Shown: one piece after another, positions 1-10,114 of the stretch
Layout: every line of letters starts with the position of its first letter
Numbering within the stretch: position 1 is the stretch's first letter
Sequence record: SRR31156797_3873
DNA: 63,626 bases
Strand: one strand, 5' to 3'
Program-made: the position numbers and the translations under genes
Notes under the pieces: model-generated
Told to the model about the DNA's origin: nothing
The model's input: the letters and a program-made list of their open reading frames with translations, nothing else
Database searches by the model: none

Positions 1-66
1 TCTAAAACTTTCGGAGGCTAGTGAATTTTTTTACAAAAAAAAGTTGTTGCCAATGAGTTAGATTCA

Positions 67-1659
67 TTGTTGCTGGAATTGGAGCAGGCTATGGCAATGA
101 AATCGAAGTACGATAATGAGAAAGAAGTAAGAATAGCAAATCTTAAAGCTTTATTAAATAAAGCAGGAACAGAGCCTGAACAGCACTTTTATGTTTATGA
201 TCAGCTTATAGAGGAATATAGAACGTTTACTTTTGATTCTACCTTACATTATATTTCGTTAAGTGTAGAGTTGGCTAAGAGTATCAATAAGCCTGAATTA
301 ATTTATAAAGCAGATTTAAAATTGGCCAGATTGTTGGCTTCGTCGGGCAGATATTTAGAGGCAGTAGATGTTTTAAAAAGAGTAAATGCTATTCATTTAT
401 CAAAGGTTCTATTGGTTGATTATTATACTGATTTATTAAAAGTATATTCCGATTTAAGTATTTATACCCCTTCCCAGGAAAATCACGATAAATATGACGC
501 TTTAGCGAAGAATTATGCAGATTCTTTATTAACGCTTGTGGAGCCAGAATCAGAAATAGCACTTTCTTTATTAGAGAAAAGGTATCGCGATGATCGTAAA
601 ATAGATGAAAGTCTCGAAATAAACTCACAAAGACTTGCAAAAGTTAAAATGGGCACCCCTTCGTATTCCGTGATCACTTTTGAGCGAGCTTTGAATTATC
701 GATTGAAATCGGATACAGAAAATGAGAAGAAATATCTTATTCTGTCTGCTATTTCAGATATTAAAGCATCAGTTAAGGATAATGCCTCATTGTCGAATTT
801 GGCACTGCTATTACACAAGGAACGAAATATTGACAGAGCACATGCGTATATCAATTTCTCTTTTGAAGATGCATCATTTTATAATTCTCGTTTAAGGTTT
901 ATTGAGATATCCAATATTCTGCCAGTCATCAATGAGGCCTACCAGCTTAAAAATGAAAGACAGAGGCAACGGTTAAAGCGATATCTGATAATAATAAGTG
1001 TATTAAGTATTATCTTGGCCTTTGCTATTTTCTATATTCAGCGACAAATCAAAAAGTTATCTACAGCCAGAAATGAGTTGCAAGATGTGAACCAGCAACT
1101 CAACCAATTAAATTCAACCCTTTCAGATACCAATCAAAGTTTAAGTAAACTGAATGGGGAGTTAAGCGAAACAAACCATGTAAAGGAGCATTATATTGGT
1201 AATTTTCTTTCTATATGTTCTGATTATATTGATAAACTGGAAGCCTTTAAAAATATGGTTAAAAAGCAAATTTTAGCCGGAAAGGTGGAGGAATTGCTAA
1301 AAACCACTAAATCGAATAAATTAATCGAAGAAGAAACAAAGGTTTTTTATCAGAATTTTGATTCTGTGTTTTTACATATATTTCCAAACTTTGTTCACAA
1401 ACTAAATCGTCTACTTTCTCCCGAAGAACAAATTATCCTAAAAAAAGATGAAATGCTGAATACTGAGTTAAGAATTTTTGCATTGATCCGATTGGGAATT
1501 AACGATAGTTCTAACATTGCAAAATTGCTTCGATACTCCGTGAATACCATTTACAATTATCGTGTAAAAATTAAAAATAAGGCCATTCATCGCGAAGATT
1601 TTGAAAAGCAGGTGATGCAAATTGGTGCCATTATTCAGAGCTCAAAAAACGAGAAATAA
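67..1659 (+). CDS. SusR-like (DUF6377/TPR) membrane-anchored transcriptional regulator of the PUL; 5' end uncertain
   Basis: TPR-like periplasmic region, one TM (YLIIISVLSIILAFAIFYI), coiled coil, C-terminal HTH 'LNTELRIFALIRLGINDSSNIAKLLRYSVNTIYNYR' typical of SusR-like regulators; directly upstream of susC/susD. In-frame stops at 19-24 and no signal peptide visible. Confidence 0.85.
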   Translation: MLLELEQAMAMKSKYDNEKEVRIANLKALLNKAGTEPEQHFYVYDQLIEEYRTFTFDSTLHYISLSVELAKSINKPELIYKADLKLARLLASSGRYLEAVDVLKRVNAIHLSKVLLVDYYTDLLKVYSDLSIYTPSQENHDKYDALAKNYADSLLTLVEPESEIALSLLEKRYRDDRKIDESLEINSQRLAKVKMGTPSYSVITFERALNYRLKSDTENEKKYLILSAISDIKASVKDNASLSNLALLLHKERNIDRAHAYINFSFEDASFYNSRLRFIEISNILPVINEAYQLKNERQRQRLKRYLIIISVLSIILAFAIFYIQRQIKKLSTARNELQDVNQQLNQLNSTLSDTNQSLSKLNGELSETNHVKEHYIGNFLSICSDYIDKLEAFKNMVKKQILAGKVEELLKTTKSNKLIEEETKVFYQNFDSVFLHIFPNFVHKLNRLLSPEEQIILKKDEMLNTELRIFALIRLGINDSSNIAKLLRYSVNTIYNYRVKIKNKAIHREDFEKQVMQIGAIIQSSKNEK

Positions 1660-1701
1660 TCTCTGAAATTTCGGTTTTTTATCCAAAACTACTTCAAAAA
1701 G

Positions 1702-1790
1702 TATCCACTTTTTAAAAAGTGTTTAAAAATGTTAATGCACACATTTTCTGTGTGATACATTTTTTATGCCTCTCATTTTATCCACTTTTT
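1702..1790 (+). promoter_or_regulatory. Direct repeat TATCCACTTTTT x2, candidate binding site for the SusR-like regulator
   Basis: Exact 12-bp copies at 1702-1713 and 1779-1790 (77-bp spacing) between the regulator and susC. Confidence 0.55.
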
Positions 1791-2148
1791 GTCTATATGG
1801 ATTATTAAATCCATGAGTTTCTTGCTCTATTTGTTCAAGCGATAAAATCAATTGAAAAGATTGCTTTATAGGAAAATAATACTGCAGATATTTTTCTACA
1901 CAACAAATTAAAATTAGCGAGCAATGAAAAAACATCTATTAAAAATTTTACAAGTAAGTCCGAGCAGGTTTTCAGGATATTTTCAAAAACTACTGGGATT
2001 TTTCTAGTCAATTATCCCAAAGTTATAGAATAAGCTGCTTCAATATATGAAGGGTGAAATAGGAGGGTGATATAAATGAAGAAGCGTATGGTGTCATGAT
2101 ATAAAAACTATGCGCTCACAAGAATTATAACAGTTAAAAAATATTCAA

Positions 2149-5106
2149 ATGCGAATAGATTATTCAATACAAAAGGCAGGTAAAATTGGCTTATGGCTAT
2201 TGATGCTTGTTAGCCTGTCAATAAATGCTATGGCTCAGCAATCAAATGTAAGTGGAGCTGTAGTTGATCAGGCGGGAATCGGAATTCCCGGAGTTTCGGT
2301 AATGCTTAAAGGTACCAGTGTTGGTACGATAACTGATGTAGAGGGGCGTTATAACATACCTGTAAACGATGTGAATGAAGATGTGCTGGTATTTAGTTTT
2401 ATAGGGATGGATACACAGGAAATCCCTGTGGCGATGAAAAAAGAAATCAATGTAACATTAAAAGAATCAGTATTAGGATTGGATGAGGTGGTAGTTGTCG
2501 GTTACGGAACTCAGGAAAAAAAGGATATTACCGGTTCGGTAGCACTCGTTGGATCAGAAGAGTTAGAATCCCGACCTAATACGCAGCTGGGGGCGTTAAT
2601 TCAAGGACGTGCAGCAGGTGTTCGTGTAGCTTCCAGTTCTGGAAAGCCTTCTCAAGGTTTAAGCATTAGAGTAAGAGGAACCAACTCTATTACAGCGGGT
2701 AGTGAGCCCTTATATGTGATTGATGGAATTCCAACTTCTGATACACGCTCTATTAACCCGGCTGATGTAGAAACAATGACTGTGTTAAAGGATGCCTCGT
2801 CGGCAGCTATTTATGGTGCGCAAGGAGCAAACGGAGTTGTATTAATTACGACTAAAAAAGGGAAATCAGAAAAGCCTACCATTAGCCTGGATACCTATTG
2901 GGGATTTTCTGAAGTTTGGAAAACCCTGGATGTATTAAATGGTGAGCAATATCGCGATTTAATGACAGAGATGGGGCAGAATACAGACTGGAGTTTGTAT
3001 AATAAAAATACAGATTGGCAAAATAAGCTATTTCAAAGAGGAACTTCTCAGAATTACCAGGTTTCTATTTCCGGAATGAAGGATCAAACTTCATATTATG
3101 TTTCCGGTGGATGGGTGCAGCAAGCTGGTGCTGTAAGAAGTTCTGAAATGAACAGAGCTAACTTTAAGGTTAATTTAGATCAGGATATTAATGATTGGAT
3201 CAAAGTAGGAACCAGAATATCATATACAAAATATACCGATACGGATGTAAATGATAATGCAGCTATTAATCAGGGAGGTGTTATTACCGGAGTTATTAAT
3301 ACGCCATCTGTAATAGGGGTTTACAATGAAGATGGAACATTTACAAGCAATCCGTTTCAAAATTGGGAAAATCCAATGGCTAGTACTGATGGATCTGATA
3401 GAGAGTATAATCAGGAGCGCTTTTTAGGAAACGTTTATGTGGATGTGAAATTTCTAAAAGATTTCAAGTTCAGATCTAATTTTGGAATTGATCAGAGTCA
3501 TGGCATGTATGATTACTTTTTAGATCCGTACAGAACAAGTTATGGTCAAGCAAAAAGTGGAATTGCAACGAACAATACTAATAAAAGTAGTTTTTGGATT
3601 GCGGAGAATACCTTATCGTTTAATAAAAAAATAAGTAAGCATTCTGTTGAGGCATTAGTTGGGTCAGTTGTTCAAAAGTATCGATGGGAAAATAGTAATA
3701 TAACAACCGAAAATTTTGCCAGTGATGGAATCATAACCACTAATGCAGGATCGGTTATAGCTACGGCAGAGAATAATAAATCTGAAAAAACCAATGTATC
3801 GTATTTAAGTAGATTGAATTATTCCTTTGATGATAAATATCTGGTAACTGCCAATTTTCGGGCAGATGGTTCCAGTGTATTTGGACCTAAAAACAGATGG
3901 GGGTATTTTCCTTCGTTTTCATTAGGATGGCGTTTGTCTCAGGAATCATTTCTGGAGCAAGTTGCTTTTCTAAATGATTTAAAGGTTCGAGCTGGATGGG
4001 GAGTCGTAGGGAACGATCAAATAGGTAATTATGCTTATTATGGATTGGTTGGTTCTAATAACTATCCTATAGGTGGCGTTTTGCTTCCAGGTACATATCC
4101 TGCGTCTATTGATAATTACACTTTAAAATGGGAAGAATCTGAGCAAACAAATATCGGACTGGATTTAAGTGTGTTAAATGGTCGTATTACATTTACCGTA
4201 GATGCTTATTTACGTAAAACACGTGATTTGTTATTGGATGCGCCACTTCCAACTACTACTGGATTTAGTTCTGCATTGCAAAATATCGGAAATCTTGAAA
4301 ATAAAGGTTTAGAGTTTAGTTTAAACACTGTAAATGTTGATAAAGTCATTAACTGGAATACAACATTTAATATTTCCTTCAATAAAAATAAAGTTACTAA
4401 CCTGGTAGTTGAAAGTTTAGCTATGGGAGATGTTGCCGGAAGGGGAGAAGCTATTTTGCTTGAAGAAGGAAGGTCGCTTGGAACATTATATGGTTATATC
4501 TGGGGTGGTGTTGATCCGGAAACGGGAAATGCCTACTATGTTAACAAAGATGGTGAAAGCACATTTGAACCGACTCCGGAGGACAGAACGGTAATTGGAA
4601 ATGCCAATCCTGATTTCTTTTATGGATTGAACAACAGTGTAAGCTATAAAAATATAGGCTTGACTGTATTCCTTGAAGGTACGTATGGAAACGATATGTT
4701 GAATGCAACCAGAATTGATTCAGAAGGCATGACGGATCCTAAAAATCAGTTATTAACAGTGAATAATAGATGGCGTCAACCGGGTGATGTTACCGACATA
4801 CCCAAAGCCAGCTGGGCTGTTAAAGACAACTCTCGTATTTCAACCCGATTTATTGAGGATGCCTCTTATTTAAGAGTGAAAACTATCACGCTAAGCTATC
4901 AATTACCTAAAAGTTTATTGGAAAAAGTTGGCATTAGTCAGGCCAAAGTATATGCAACCGGAGAAAATCTTTTCACGATCACAGATTACTCAGGTTTTGA
5001 TCCGGAGGTAAATGCATATGGAGGTTCAAATACCATGCAGGGTATTGATTATGGAACCTATCCGCAAACAAGAAACATGATTTTTGGTATTAATGTGGTT
5101 TTTTAA
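2149..5106 (+). CDS. susC: SusC/RagA family TonB-dependent transporter
   Basis: Signal peptide, carboxypeptidase-regulatory-like N-domain, 'LDEVVVVGYG', plug 'LKDASSAAIYGAQGANGVVLITTKKG', C-terminal 'YPQTRNMIFGINVVF'. Confidence 0.96.
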   Translation: MRIDYSIQKAGKIGLWLLMLVSLSINAMAQQSNVSGAVVDQAGIGIPGVSVMLKGTSVGTITDVEGRYNIPVNDVNEDVLVFSFIGMDTQEIPVAMKKEINVTLKESVLGLDEVVVVGYGTQEKKDITGSVALVGSEELESRPNTQLGALIQGRAAGVRVASSSGKPSQGLSIRVRGTNSITAGSEPLYVIDGIPTSDTRSINPADVETMTVLKDASSAAIYGAQGANGVVLITTKKGKSEKPTISLDTYWGFSEVWKTLDVLNGEQYRDLMTEMGQNTDWSLYNKNTDWQNKLFQRGTSQNYQVSISGMKDQTSYYVSGGWVQQAGAVRSSEMNRANFKVNLDQDINDWIKVGTRISYTKYTDTDVNDNAAINQGGVITGVINTPSVIGVYNEDGTFTSNPFQNWENPMASTDGSDREYNQERFLGNVYVDVKFLKDFKFRSNFGIDQSHGMYDYFLDPYRTSYGQAKSGIATNNTNKSSFWIAENTLSFNKKISKHSVEALVGSVVQKYRWENSNITTENFASDGIITTNAGSVIATAENNKSEKTNVSYLSRLNYSFDDKYLVTANFRADGSSVFGPKNRWGYFPSFSLGWRLSQESFLEQVAFLNDLKVRAGWGVVGNDQIGNYAYYGLVGSNNYPIGGVLLPGTYPASIDNYTLKWEESEQTNIGLDLSVLNGRITFTVDAYLRKTRDLLLDAPLPTTTGFSSALQNIGNLENKGLEFSLNTVNVDKVINWNTTFNISFNKNKVTNLVVESLAMGDVAGRGEAILLEEGRSLGTLYGYIWGGVDPETGNAYYVNKDGESTFEPTPEDRTVIGNANPDFFYGLNNSVSYKNIGLTVFLEGTYGNDMLNATRIDSEGMTDPKNQLLTVNNRWRQPGDVTDIPKASWAVKDNSRISTRFIEDASYLRVKTITLSYQLPKSLLEKVGISQAKVYATGENLFTITDYSGFDPEVNAYGGSNTMQGIDYGTYPQTRNMIFGINVVF

Positions 5107-5116
5107 ACAAGAGAAG

Positions 5117-6598
5117 ATGAGAGCAATAAATTTTAAATTATATATACTTAGTTCCTTATTTGTTTTGGGATTAAGTTCGTGCGATGACTTTTTGGATCTG
5201 GAACCTATCTCAGAAGAAACATCAGCCAGTGCATATCGAAAGGTAAGCCAGATTGAAGCAGCTTTAACAGGAGCATATGAAACTTTTCAGTCGGATGCTT
5301 ATGTTTGGAATAATATTATTTTTCAGGATGTAAGATCCGATAATTTTTATGCCGGAGGAGATAATCCAAATGTTTATGAAGTGGATTATTTAAAGATAGC
5401 GGCCACCAATGGTAAGGTAAATCAATCGTGGGGAAATCTGTTTAATGGAATACTGAAAGCCAATGTGGTTATGGAAAGAGCAAAGGCTTCTGATGATCCA
5501 CAATTTACTGATGAGCGAAGAAATCAGATCATTGGAGAAGCTTTTTTTCTTAGAGCCTATCACTATTATAATTTGGTGAATCTATTTGGAGGTGTACCTA
5601 TCATTTTAGAAGCGACAAAATCAACGGAAGCTTCAGATGTAAATGTTACTAGGGCAACAGCAGAGCAAGTGTTTGCTCAGATCATAAAAGATTGTGATGA
5701 TGCAGCAGCTTTATTGCCCGAAATTTACGGAAGTGAAGCCAATGTGAATAAAGCCAGAGCTACCAGTGGAGCTGCATATGCCTTAGCGGCTAAAGCATGT
5801 GCCCAGAAACCAACTCCGAATTACAGTTTAGCCTTGGATTATATTCAAAAAGTGGAGGAGAGTGATGCCAATTACAAATTGATTGATTATGCCGAATTAT
5901 TTGATGGAGCGCATTACAATAATGCAGAATCTATCATTGAAATTCAATATTTATCAGGTAGTGATGGGAACTGGGGTCCCCAAATGTTGTTACCACCATC
6001 AGTTAGTAAAGATACCTGGCGCAAGTTTGTTACACCATCTCATGACTTAATCAATGCTTTTGATGCAGAAGGTGATGTGGTTCGTAAAAATGCCTCAGTT
6101 CTTTTTGAGGCCGTTGACTGGGTTGATGAATATTGGGGAAATGCCGTTGGAAGTAGTATTCCTTTTGCTTATAAATGGAAAAATGCCGATGGCTGGTCAA
6201 GTGCCAATCGTCAATACTTATTACGCATGGGTGATATTGTTCTTTTAAAAGCAGAAGCGCTTAATGAGACCAATCAATTGAATCAGGCTGTAGTAGAGGT
6301 TAATCGTATAAGAACAAGAGCTGAGCTACCAGAATTAACTGTAGAGCAAAAAGCTTCAAAAGAAGTGCTTAGAAATATAATACTGAATGAGCGACGTCTG
6401 GAGCTGGCTCAGGAAGGTCAGCGCTGGGATGATTTAGTAAGATATGGTGTAGCTGTGGAAACGATGAATAATCTGGAGGAGATTGATTTAAGAACCGGAA
6501 CGGCTACTGATTATGCCATGACAGAGGCTAAAATATTATTACCTATTCCTCAACAGGAGTTAGATCGAAATCCTAATCTAGAACAAAATCCTTTATAA
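5117..6598 (+). CDS. susD: SusD/RagB family glycan-binding lipoprotein
   Basis: Start moved to ATG 5117 (MRAINF...LSSC lipobox); 'GEAFFLRAYHYYNLVNLFGGVP', 'ERRLELAQEGQRWDDLVR', 'LLPIPQQELDRNPNLEQNP'. Confidence 0.95.
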   Translation: MRAINFKLYILSSLFVLGLSSCDDFLDLEPISEETSASAYRKVSQIEAALTGAYETFQSDAYVWNNIIFQDVRSDNFYAGGDNPNVYEVDYLKIAATNGKVNQSWGNLFNGILKANVVMERAKASDDPQFTDERRNQIIGEAFFLRAYHYYNLVNLFGGVPIILEATKSTEASDVNVTRATAEQVFAQIIKDCDDAAALLPEIYGSEANVNKARATSGAAYALAAKACAQKPTPNYSLALDYIQKVEESDANYKLIDYAELFDGAHYNNAESIIEIQYLSGSDGNWGPQMLLPPSVSKDTWRKFVTPSHDLINAFDAEGDVVRKNASVLFEAVDWVDEYWGNAVGSSIPFAYKWKNADGWSSANRQYLLRMGDIVLLKAEALNETNQLNQAVVEVNRIRTRAELPELTVEQKASKEVLRNIILNERRLELAQEGQRWDDLVRYGVAVETMNNLEEIDLRTGTATDYAMTEAKILLPIPQQELDRNPNLEQNPL

Positions 6599-6606
6599 GA
6601 AGCAAA

Positions 6607-8307
6607 ATGAAAAAGATAAATATACAATGGCTATGGGCGCTTATGCTATTGCTGGCTGCCTGGGGATGTGCCGAAGAAAGTAATCTTGAACCTGAAGGAC
6701 AATGGGAATTATCTTCACCAACCTTACTGCAGGTTAGCAATATTGTACTGAATGAAGAAACGCCTAATGAGTTGGTTTCCATAGAGTGGGATAAGGCTTA
6801 TTCGTCGGCTCGTTATGGTGTTTATTATACTGTGATCATTGATTCAGTTGATGCTTCAGACTCTTCAAACCCAATTCTGGAGCTTAAATCTGATGAAAGC
6901 GGAAAGGCAACAAGAGCTAGTTTACCTTATGTAGATTTAAATGATGCCTTATATATGGCAGGTTTTGATCCTGAAGTTGAAATTCCACTTGTAATAAAAA
7001 TTAAAGCAGCATGTTTATCTCGAACAACTTATGATGAGCAGGAATTAACTGTTGTGCGATATGACGATGATAAATTATTTATGTCAGGTAGTGCAACTGA
7101 GGTAGGAGATAATGTGAATACAGCCATTAAATTTAATCGATTAAAAAATGGTATTGGAGAAAAGCTTAAGCAATATGAAGTATTTACGTCTCTAAAGGCC
7201 GGAGAGTCATTTAAAATTTATAACGGAAGAAGCTCTAAAGCTATTGCTTATGGTTTGTCAGAAGAGGGCGCTTTGGAGCGAGATGGTTCTGCACTGTCAG
7301 TAGAAGAAGAAGGAGTTTATCAAATCAGTGTTGATTTTGAAGCTAAGACAATTCAATATTATAAAATAAACCGATTAGGACTAATAGGAGATGCGCTTAC
7401 TTCAGGTTGGGATGCTGATGAAGAAATAAGTTACCAGGGAATGGGTGTATGGCAGGCTGATATCAGCTTTGTAAATGCAGGAAGTTACATTATTAGAGCA
7501 AATGATAATTGGGAAGGTATTTTAAAAAGAGCGGTAGGAACAGACAATAATGTAGTGGCCGAAAATTTTGCCAATGCAAATGATATTGCTATCGAAAACT
7601 TTACGATAGATGAGGCTGGTTATTATACCGTTACTATAGATCTGCAAGCCGATCATTATACGATTGAAATGGTAAAAGCTCCCGAAGAACGAATGTATTT
7701 GATTGCAAATGGTACCGATACATATGAATTAACCATGGTGGGTGATGGTGTTTTTGCAACTACATCGTATATCGCACTGCAAACTACAGATGAGATTATC
7801 ATTAATACAGAGAGTGATGGATTAGGAATGAGTTATTCCATTGCTGAATTGATAGGTGAAGGAACTGGAGATAAGGTGGAAGGATCTGCAACAGTATCGG
7901 AGGCTACAACGCCATTCTCAGTTGCAAAAGATCAGGCATATGGATTCAGAATTGATGTGAATGCCGGAACCTTAAACTGGTATTATTATAACCTAAAACT
8001 TTTCCATTGGGATGATGATGCCGAAGGTGGCTGGGATGATAAGATTGAAGCAGAAATGACCTATGTTCACCCATACACATTTACCGTTACTGCTGATTTA
8101 ACTGCTGATTTCGAAAGTAAATTTTTCTCTCCCTGGGATATTCAGTTTGGGGCAGGTGCCAATGATGATGCAACTGCGCTGACAGGTACAATGACTAACG
8201 ATGGAGGAGCAAGCAATTTTAAGAATATAGTGGCAAGTGATACCTATACTATAACCATTGAGATTTCAGCAGATTTTGCTACTGCTAATTACGAGTTTAT
8301 TCAATAA
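6607..8307 (+). CDS. SusE/SusF-like surface glycan-binding lipoprotein
   Basis: Lipobox 'AAWGC', SusE-like N-domain, repeated beta-sandwich modules ('LIGDALTSGW', 'GVYQISVDF', 'GYYTVTIDL'); located after susD. Confidence 0.8.
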   Translation: MKKINIQWLWALMLLLAAWGCAEESNLEPEGQWELSSPTLLQVSNIVLNEETPNELVSIEWDKAYSSARYGVYYTVIIDSVDASDSSNPILELKSDESGKATRASLPYVDLNDALYMAGFDPEVEIPLVIKIKAACLSRTTYDEQELTVVRYDDDKLFMSGSATEVGDNVNTAIKFNRLKNGIGEKLKQYEVFTSLKAGESFKIYNGRSSKAIAYGLSEEGALERDGSALSVEEEGVYQISVDFEAKTIQYYKINRLGLIGDALTSGWDADEEISYQGMGVWQADISFVNAGSYIIRANDNWEGILKRAVGTDNNVVAENFANANDIAIENFTIDEAGYYTVTIDLQADHYTIEMVKAPEERMYLIANGTDTYELTMVGDGVFATTSYIALQTTDEIIINTESDGLGMSYSIAELIGEGTGDKVEGSATVSEATTPFSVAKDQAYGFRIDVNAGTLNWYYYNLKLFHWDDDAEGGWDDKIEAEMTYVHPYTFTVTADLTADFESKFFSPWDIQFGAGANDDATALTGTMTNDGGASNFKNIVASDTYTITIEISADFATANYEFIQ

Positions 8308-8318
8308 AGTATACTAAC

Positions 8319-8500
8319 AGAATCTGTATCATAAGTCAGCGGTTTTAAGCCAATAAACAGCTTGTTAGATCTTTAAGCACTTCCCTATTTCCTTGAGGAA
8401 AAGGGGATGTGCACCCCAACAATAAAAAGATGGGATGTGGATTTAATTATCCTTGCACTTGCAATTTGTATGCTGAGATAAACGCTTTTGAACAGATTCT
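8319..8500. mobile_element. MITE-like 182-bp element with imperfect terminal inverted repeats
   Basis: AGAATCTGT(atcataagt) at 8319 and (gcttttga)ACAGATTCT ending at 8500; non-coding interior; fills most of the SGBP-GH30 spacer. Confidence 0.4.
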
Positions 8501-8517
8501 TATAAATCATTTTTTCA

Positions 8518-9963
8518 ATGCAGATGAAACGTATTTTTGCACCTATTTTAGTGTTTTTGATTTTTGGTTTGACTGGTGCACAGTGTAAAAAAGAAAACGA
8601 TCCGGCTCCTCCACCTCCTCCTGCAAAGGAAAATGAGTTAGAGGTTACAAGATATCTCTCAACTTTTGATGGAGCAGCTAAATTTGCTAAGCAAGAGGAT
8701 AAATATTATAAAACCGAAACCAACAGTTTCCCTTCAATTCAGGTGGACGTAAATACGACCTATCAGGAAATGGATGGTTTTGGATTTACCTTAACCGGAG
8801 GAAGTGCCATGCATTTGTATAACATGTCCTCGGCTAAAAGGGCTGCGATTCTGGAGGAATTGTTTGCTTATGATGAGGAAAATATTGGGATCAGTTATTT
8901 ACGGATAAGTGTTGGAGCTTCAGATTTAGATCCTGAACCTTTTTCGTACAATGATCTTCCTGCCGGGCAAACAGATCCAGATATGGAGAAGTTTTCTATT
9001 GAACCGGACAGAGCTTATTTAATTCCGGTACTGAAAGAAATTTTGGCTATTAATCCGGATATTAAAATTTTAGGTTCTCCATGGTCACCTCCAACATGGA
9101 TGAAAACAAATGGAGAAACGAAGGGCGGTGAGTTAATGGAAGAATATTATGAAGCTTACGCGAAATACTTTGTAAAGTATATTCAGGAAATGGCTAAGGA
9201 AGGTATTGTTATAGATGCTATTACAGTTCAAAATGAGCCGCTTCATCCAGGAAATAATCCAAGCTTATATATGGTACCGTCAGCGCAGGCAAATTTTGTA
9301 AAAAGTGCATTGGGGCCAGCATTTGAAGCAGCAGGTATCGAAACCAAGATCATTATTTATGATCACAATGCTGATAATACGGATTATCCTATTTCAATTT
9401 TAAATGATGCTGAAGCTAAAAAGTATATCGATGGATCAGCTTTTCATTTATATGGAGGTACAATCGATAATTTAAGTAAAGTGCACAATGCACATCCCGA
9501 TAAAAACTTGTATTTCACAGAGCAGTGGATAGGTGCGCCGGGTAGTTTTGGAAACGATCTGGTTTGGCACGTTAATAACTTAATTATTGGAGCTTCTCGC
9601 AACTGGTGTAAAACCGTATTAGAATGGAACCTGGCTGCAGATTCAAATCTGGAACCACATACTGATGGGGGTTGTACGCAGTGTCTGGGAGCTTTAACTA
9701 TAGATGGAGATGATATTCAACGAAATCCCGCTTACTATATAATTGCGCATGCTTCAAAATTAGTTCGTCCGGGATCTGTTCGAATTGAATCAAACCAACC
9801 GGATGGCTTGCCTAATGTGGCATTTTATACTCCGACAGGAGAAATTGTTGTGGTTGTATTAAATAACTCCGATAGTGAGAGAAAATTCAATCTTGACAGA
9901 GGAGGAGAGATGTTCATTTCTAAACTAGCATCAAATTCTGTGGCAACTTATAGCTGGAAATAG
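8518..9963 (+). CDS. GH30 glycoside hydrolase lipoprotein, likely endo-beta-1,6-glucanase (GH30_3-like)
   Basis: Lipobox 'GAQC', Pro-rich linker, 'SPWSPPTWMK', acid/base 'VQNEP', nucleophile 'FTEQW', 'EWNLA'. Confidence 0.9.
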   Translation: MQMKRIFAPILVFLIFGLTGAQCKKENDPAPPPPPAKENELEVTRYLSTFDGAAKFAKQEDKYYKTETNSFPSIQVDVNTTYQEMDGFGFTLTGGSAMHLYNMSSAKRAAILEELFAYDEENIGISYLRISVGASDLDPEPFSYNDLPAGQTDPDMEKFSIEPDRAYLIPVLKEILAINPDIKILGSPWSPPTWMKTNGETKGGELMEEYYEAYAKYFVKYIQEMAKEGIVIDAITVQNEPLHPGNNPSLYMVPSAQANFVKSALGPAFEAAGIETKIIIYDHNADNTDYPISILNDAEAKKYIDGSAFHLYGGTIDNLSKVHNAHPDKNLYFTEQWIGAPGSFGNDLVWHVNNLIIGASRNWCKTVLEWNLAADSNLEPHTDGGCTQCLGALTIDGDDIQRNPAYYIIAHASKLVRPGSVRIESNQPDGLPNVAFYTPTGEIVVVVLNNSDSERKFNLDRGGEMFISKLASNSVATYSWK

Positions 9964-10114
9964 AAGGGTAAAATAGATTCTTTTAGTCTGATTTATATAA
10001 AAAGCACATGGAGCGAGTCATGAAAATAGTTTTCTCGCTTGTCAATCCAAGATCAGTGTAGTCAACAATTAAATTGTCGAGTTCCATGTGGTAATTAAAA
10101 GAAAATTTGAGCAT

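Noticed and set aside
1732-1935. 67-aa minus-strand ORF in the susC promoter region
   Set aside because: No recognisable features; it overlaps the putative regulator sites and promoter.
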